This document shows, one piece after another, positions 61,898 through 64,000 of a stretch of DNA of 64,000 bases. Made by a program: the position numbers and the translations under genes. The DNA lies in assembly GCA_035762105.1 (NCBI GenBank), contig DASTPU010000228.1, positions 6,806 through 70,805 on the forward strand. Reading direction: 5' to 3'. This stretch comes from Nocardioidaceae bacterium (GTDB taxonomy: Bacteria; Actinomycetota; Actinomycetes; Propionibacteriales; Nocardioidaceae). A model generated the notes under the pieces. The model was not told where the DNA came from. It saw nothing but the letters and a program-made list of their open reading frames with translations, and did no database searches. Position 1 is the stretch's first letter. Each line of letters opens with the position of its first letter.

Positions 61898-64000
61898 TCA
61901 CCCGGTGGTGTACTCGACGTGGAGCAGCGGGGCGAAGGCTGCTCCGTACTCGAAGGCGTCGGCGGTGCGCCGGCCGGTGCCGGAGACCTGCAGAGCCAGG
62001 GCGTTGCCCTGGACCCAGCCCGTCCGGGACACCACCGCCTGGATCAGCGCTGTGAGGTCCGGCGTCCGCTGGGCAGCGGCTGCTTCACCCTTGACCGACC
62101 AGTCCGGCGGCGACCAAGCCACGCCGACAGCCGTCGTCGCCCGTGACGTGACGTTGCCCGAAGTTGCGGCGTACGTGGCTGCGTTGTCGGCTGCCTCGGC
62201 CCTGATCGTCAAGGACACTGCACCGGTGCTCACCTCGTTGGTGCGGAACTGCACGTAGGCATTCGTCACCGTGGACCCCGCGGGGATCTGCAGACCGGCG
62301 AACCGTAGACCGACCACCTGCTGAGTCGTCCCGTCCGTCGTCAGCTCGAGATCCGAGCTCGTGAGCGAGGTCGAGCCGGTCAACCGCTGCTCGGCATCGT
62401 CGGAACCGGCCGCCACGCGGACGTCCAAGGTCTGCGTGCCACCGCCTCCTGACGGCTGGGCAGCGACGGAGACCGTCACCTCGTCGGAGCCGCTCAGCTC
62501 GCCGTCGTCTGCGGTCAGCCGCAGCACATATGTGCCGGCTGTCGTGAACGACGCCGTGGTGTCCTCCGCGTCGGCCGGCGAGAACGTGGCCGTCCCCGGA
62601 CCGGAGACCTGCGACCAGGTGTGCGTCAGGCCGGCCCCCGGGAGACCGTCGTCGGTGACCGTCGCCTCGAGCGTCAGGGTGTTCGGGAGAGTCACCGACC
62701 GGTCAGGGCCGGCGTCCACCGTGGGCGCGGCGTTCGTCGTACCGCCGCCACCGTCGGCCGCCGTGAACTCGACGTGCAGCAACGGCGCCACGGAGGGGCC
62801 ACCCTCGAAAGCTTCGGCGGTCCGCCGACCCGTGCCCGAGACCTGGAGCGCGAGTGCGTTCCCCTTGGCCCAGCCGGAGCGGGATACCACGGCCTGCACC
62901 AGCGAGGAGAGGTCCGGAGTGCGCTGCCGCGCCCCCGACTCACCCACGACCAACCAGTCGGGGGGCGACCAGGCCACACTGGCGCTCGTGGTCGCCCGTG
63001 CCGTCACGTTCCCCGACGTGTTGGTGTAGGTCGGCGCGTTGTCGCTCGCCTCGGCCTTGACGCTCAGCGCGGCGGCACCGGTGCTCACCTCGTCGGCCCG
63101 GAACTGCAGGTACGCCGTCGTGACCGTCGCTCCCTGGGGCACCTGCAGTCCCGCGAAGCGGAGGCCGACGACCTGCTCGCGAGTGCCGTCCGTGGTGAGC
63201 TCGAGGTCGGAGCTCACCAGGGTGGCCCAGCCGCTGAGTCGCTGCTCGACGTCGTCGGAACCCGCAGAGACACGGGTCTCCACCACCTGTGCGTCGGTGT
63301 CACTCCCCGCGGGCAGCACGGTCACGGTGAGCTCGTCGGCGCTCGTGGCGGCGCCGTCGGTCGCGGTGAGCCTCAGGACGAAGGTGCCCTGGGAAGGGAA
63401 GGTCGCGGTCGTCGTCGGCGACGTGCTGTCCGCGAAGACAACCCCGTCGGGGCCCGAGACCTGCTCCCACGTCGACGTCACGTCTCCCGGCGGCACGGGG
63501 AGACCGTCGTCCTGCACGGTCCCGTCGAGCGAGCCGGCGGAGGGGAGGACCACGGTCTGGTCGGCCCCGGCGTCGACGGTCGGCGGGGTGTTCTGCGGCG
63601 CGCTGCCACCGCCGAGGTCCACCTGGAGCTCGTACAGGACCCCGTCGTTCTCGTTCGGGTTGCTGTCGTTGTCCACCCCGCGAGCCACCGCGTAGTAGCT
63701 CCTTACGCTGCCGGAGGTGCTCGGCCCCAGGGTGAGGCCGGCGGCGGCCCTCATGTTCGCGGCCGAGATGTCGATGGTGTTCAGGAGGCCACCGGACTTG
63801 TCCAGCTCGTAGATGGTCCTCGACGAGCTGTCGATGACGGCGATCGTGTCCCGGCCGCTGTCGTACGCCAGGCCTTCGGGATCCCCTGCGCCGTACTTGC
63901 CGATGTCGAACTGGCTGCGGATGTCGTCCGTCGTACCGAACCGCCCGTCGGTTCCGGGCCGGTAGCGGAAGACCTCCTTGTCGATGCCGTCCACGACCCA
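61898..64000 (-). CDS. Large extracellular-type protein, 3' part only: propeller-like region plus two [PKD-like + ~175-aa module] repeats
   Basis: Frame open to the window end; PEGLAYD; NTPPTVDAGADQ / NAAPTVDAGPDR; duplicated GSDDxEQ...SSDLEL...VGLRFAGLQ module. Confidence 0.82.
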   Translation of the reverse strand, partial: WVVDGIDKEVFRYRPGTDGRFGTTDDIRSQFDIGKYGAGDPEGLAYDSGRDTIAVIDSSSRTIYELDKSGGLLNTIDISAANMRAAAGLTLGPSTSGSVRSYYAVARGVDNDSNPNENDGVLYELQVDLGGGSAPQNTPPTVDAGADQTVVLPSAGSLDGTVQDDGLPVPPGDVTSTWEQVSGPDGVVFADSTSPTTTATFPSQGTFVLRLTATDGAATSADELTVTVLPAGSDTDAQVVETRVSAGSDDVEQRLSGWATLVSSDLELTTDGTREQVVGLRFAGLQVPQGATVTTAYLQFRADEVSTGAAALSVKAEASDNAPTYTNTSGNVTARATTSASVAWSPPDWLVVGESGARQRTPDLSSLVQAVVSRSGWAKGNALALQVSGTGRRTAEAFEGGPSVAPLLHVEFTAADGGGGTTNAAPTVDAGPDRSVTLPNTLTLEATVTDDGLPGAGLTHTWSQVSGPGTATFSPADAEDTTASFTTAGTYVLRLTADDGELSGSDEVTVSVAAQPSGGGGTQTLDVRVAAGSDDAEQRLTGSTSLTSSDLELTTDGTTQQVVGLRFAGLQIPAGSTVTNAYVQFRTNEVSTGAVSLTIRAEAADNAATYAATSGNVTSRATTAVGVAWSPPDWSVKGEAAAAQRTPDLTALIQAVVSRTGWVQGNALALQVSGTGRRTADAFEYGAAFAPLLHVEYTTG

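Overview
High-GC actinobacterial chromosomal window; gene content and style suggest a Nocardioides-like organism (inference). Bases 1-43.3 kb are mostly housekeeping genes: saccharopine-dehydrogenase-like reductase, pcm, a sirtuin, ideR, photolyase, GH13 glucosidase, three ABC exporter pairs, pdxH, citA, serC, MarR/MFS, NCS2, DUF2530, DUF3027, a cold-shock protein, an S8 protease and an acyl-CoA ligase. A small decayed accessory patch at about 28.5-31.5 kb holds a frameshifted DUF222-HNH gene and a serine-recombinase remnant. Bases 43.6-64 kb are a Wzx/Wzy-type polysaccharide locus with its own sensor-less kinase and two LuxR-type regulators. It also carries an unusual set of phospho/nucleotidyl-transfer-like genes and lies next to a convergent PKD-repeat protein. 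The most notable unannotated signals are: (1) a promoter-driven, highly structured ~220-nt RNA with a 12-codon sORF and a possible pseudoknot at about 12270-12490; (2) the kinase/nucleotidyltransferase set in the polysaccharide locus; (3) a His-rich anchored protein paired with a membrane polyferredoxin; (4) two further small ORFs missed by the ORF track. No tRNA, rRNA or CRISPR array was seen. All product calls come from motif recognition by eye, not database searches.
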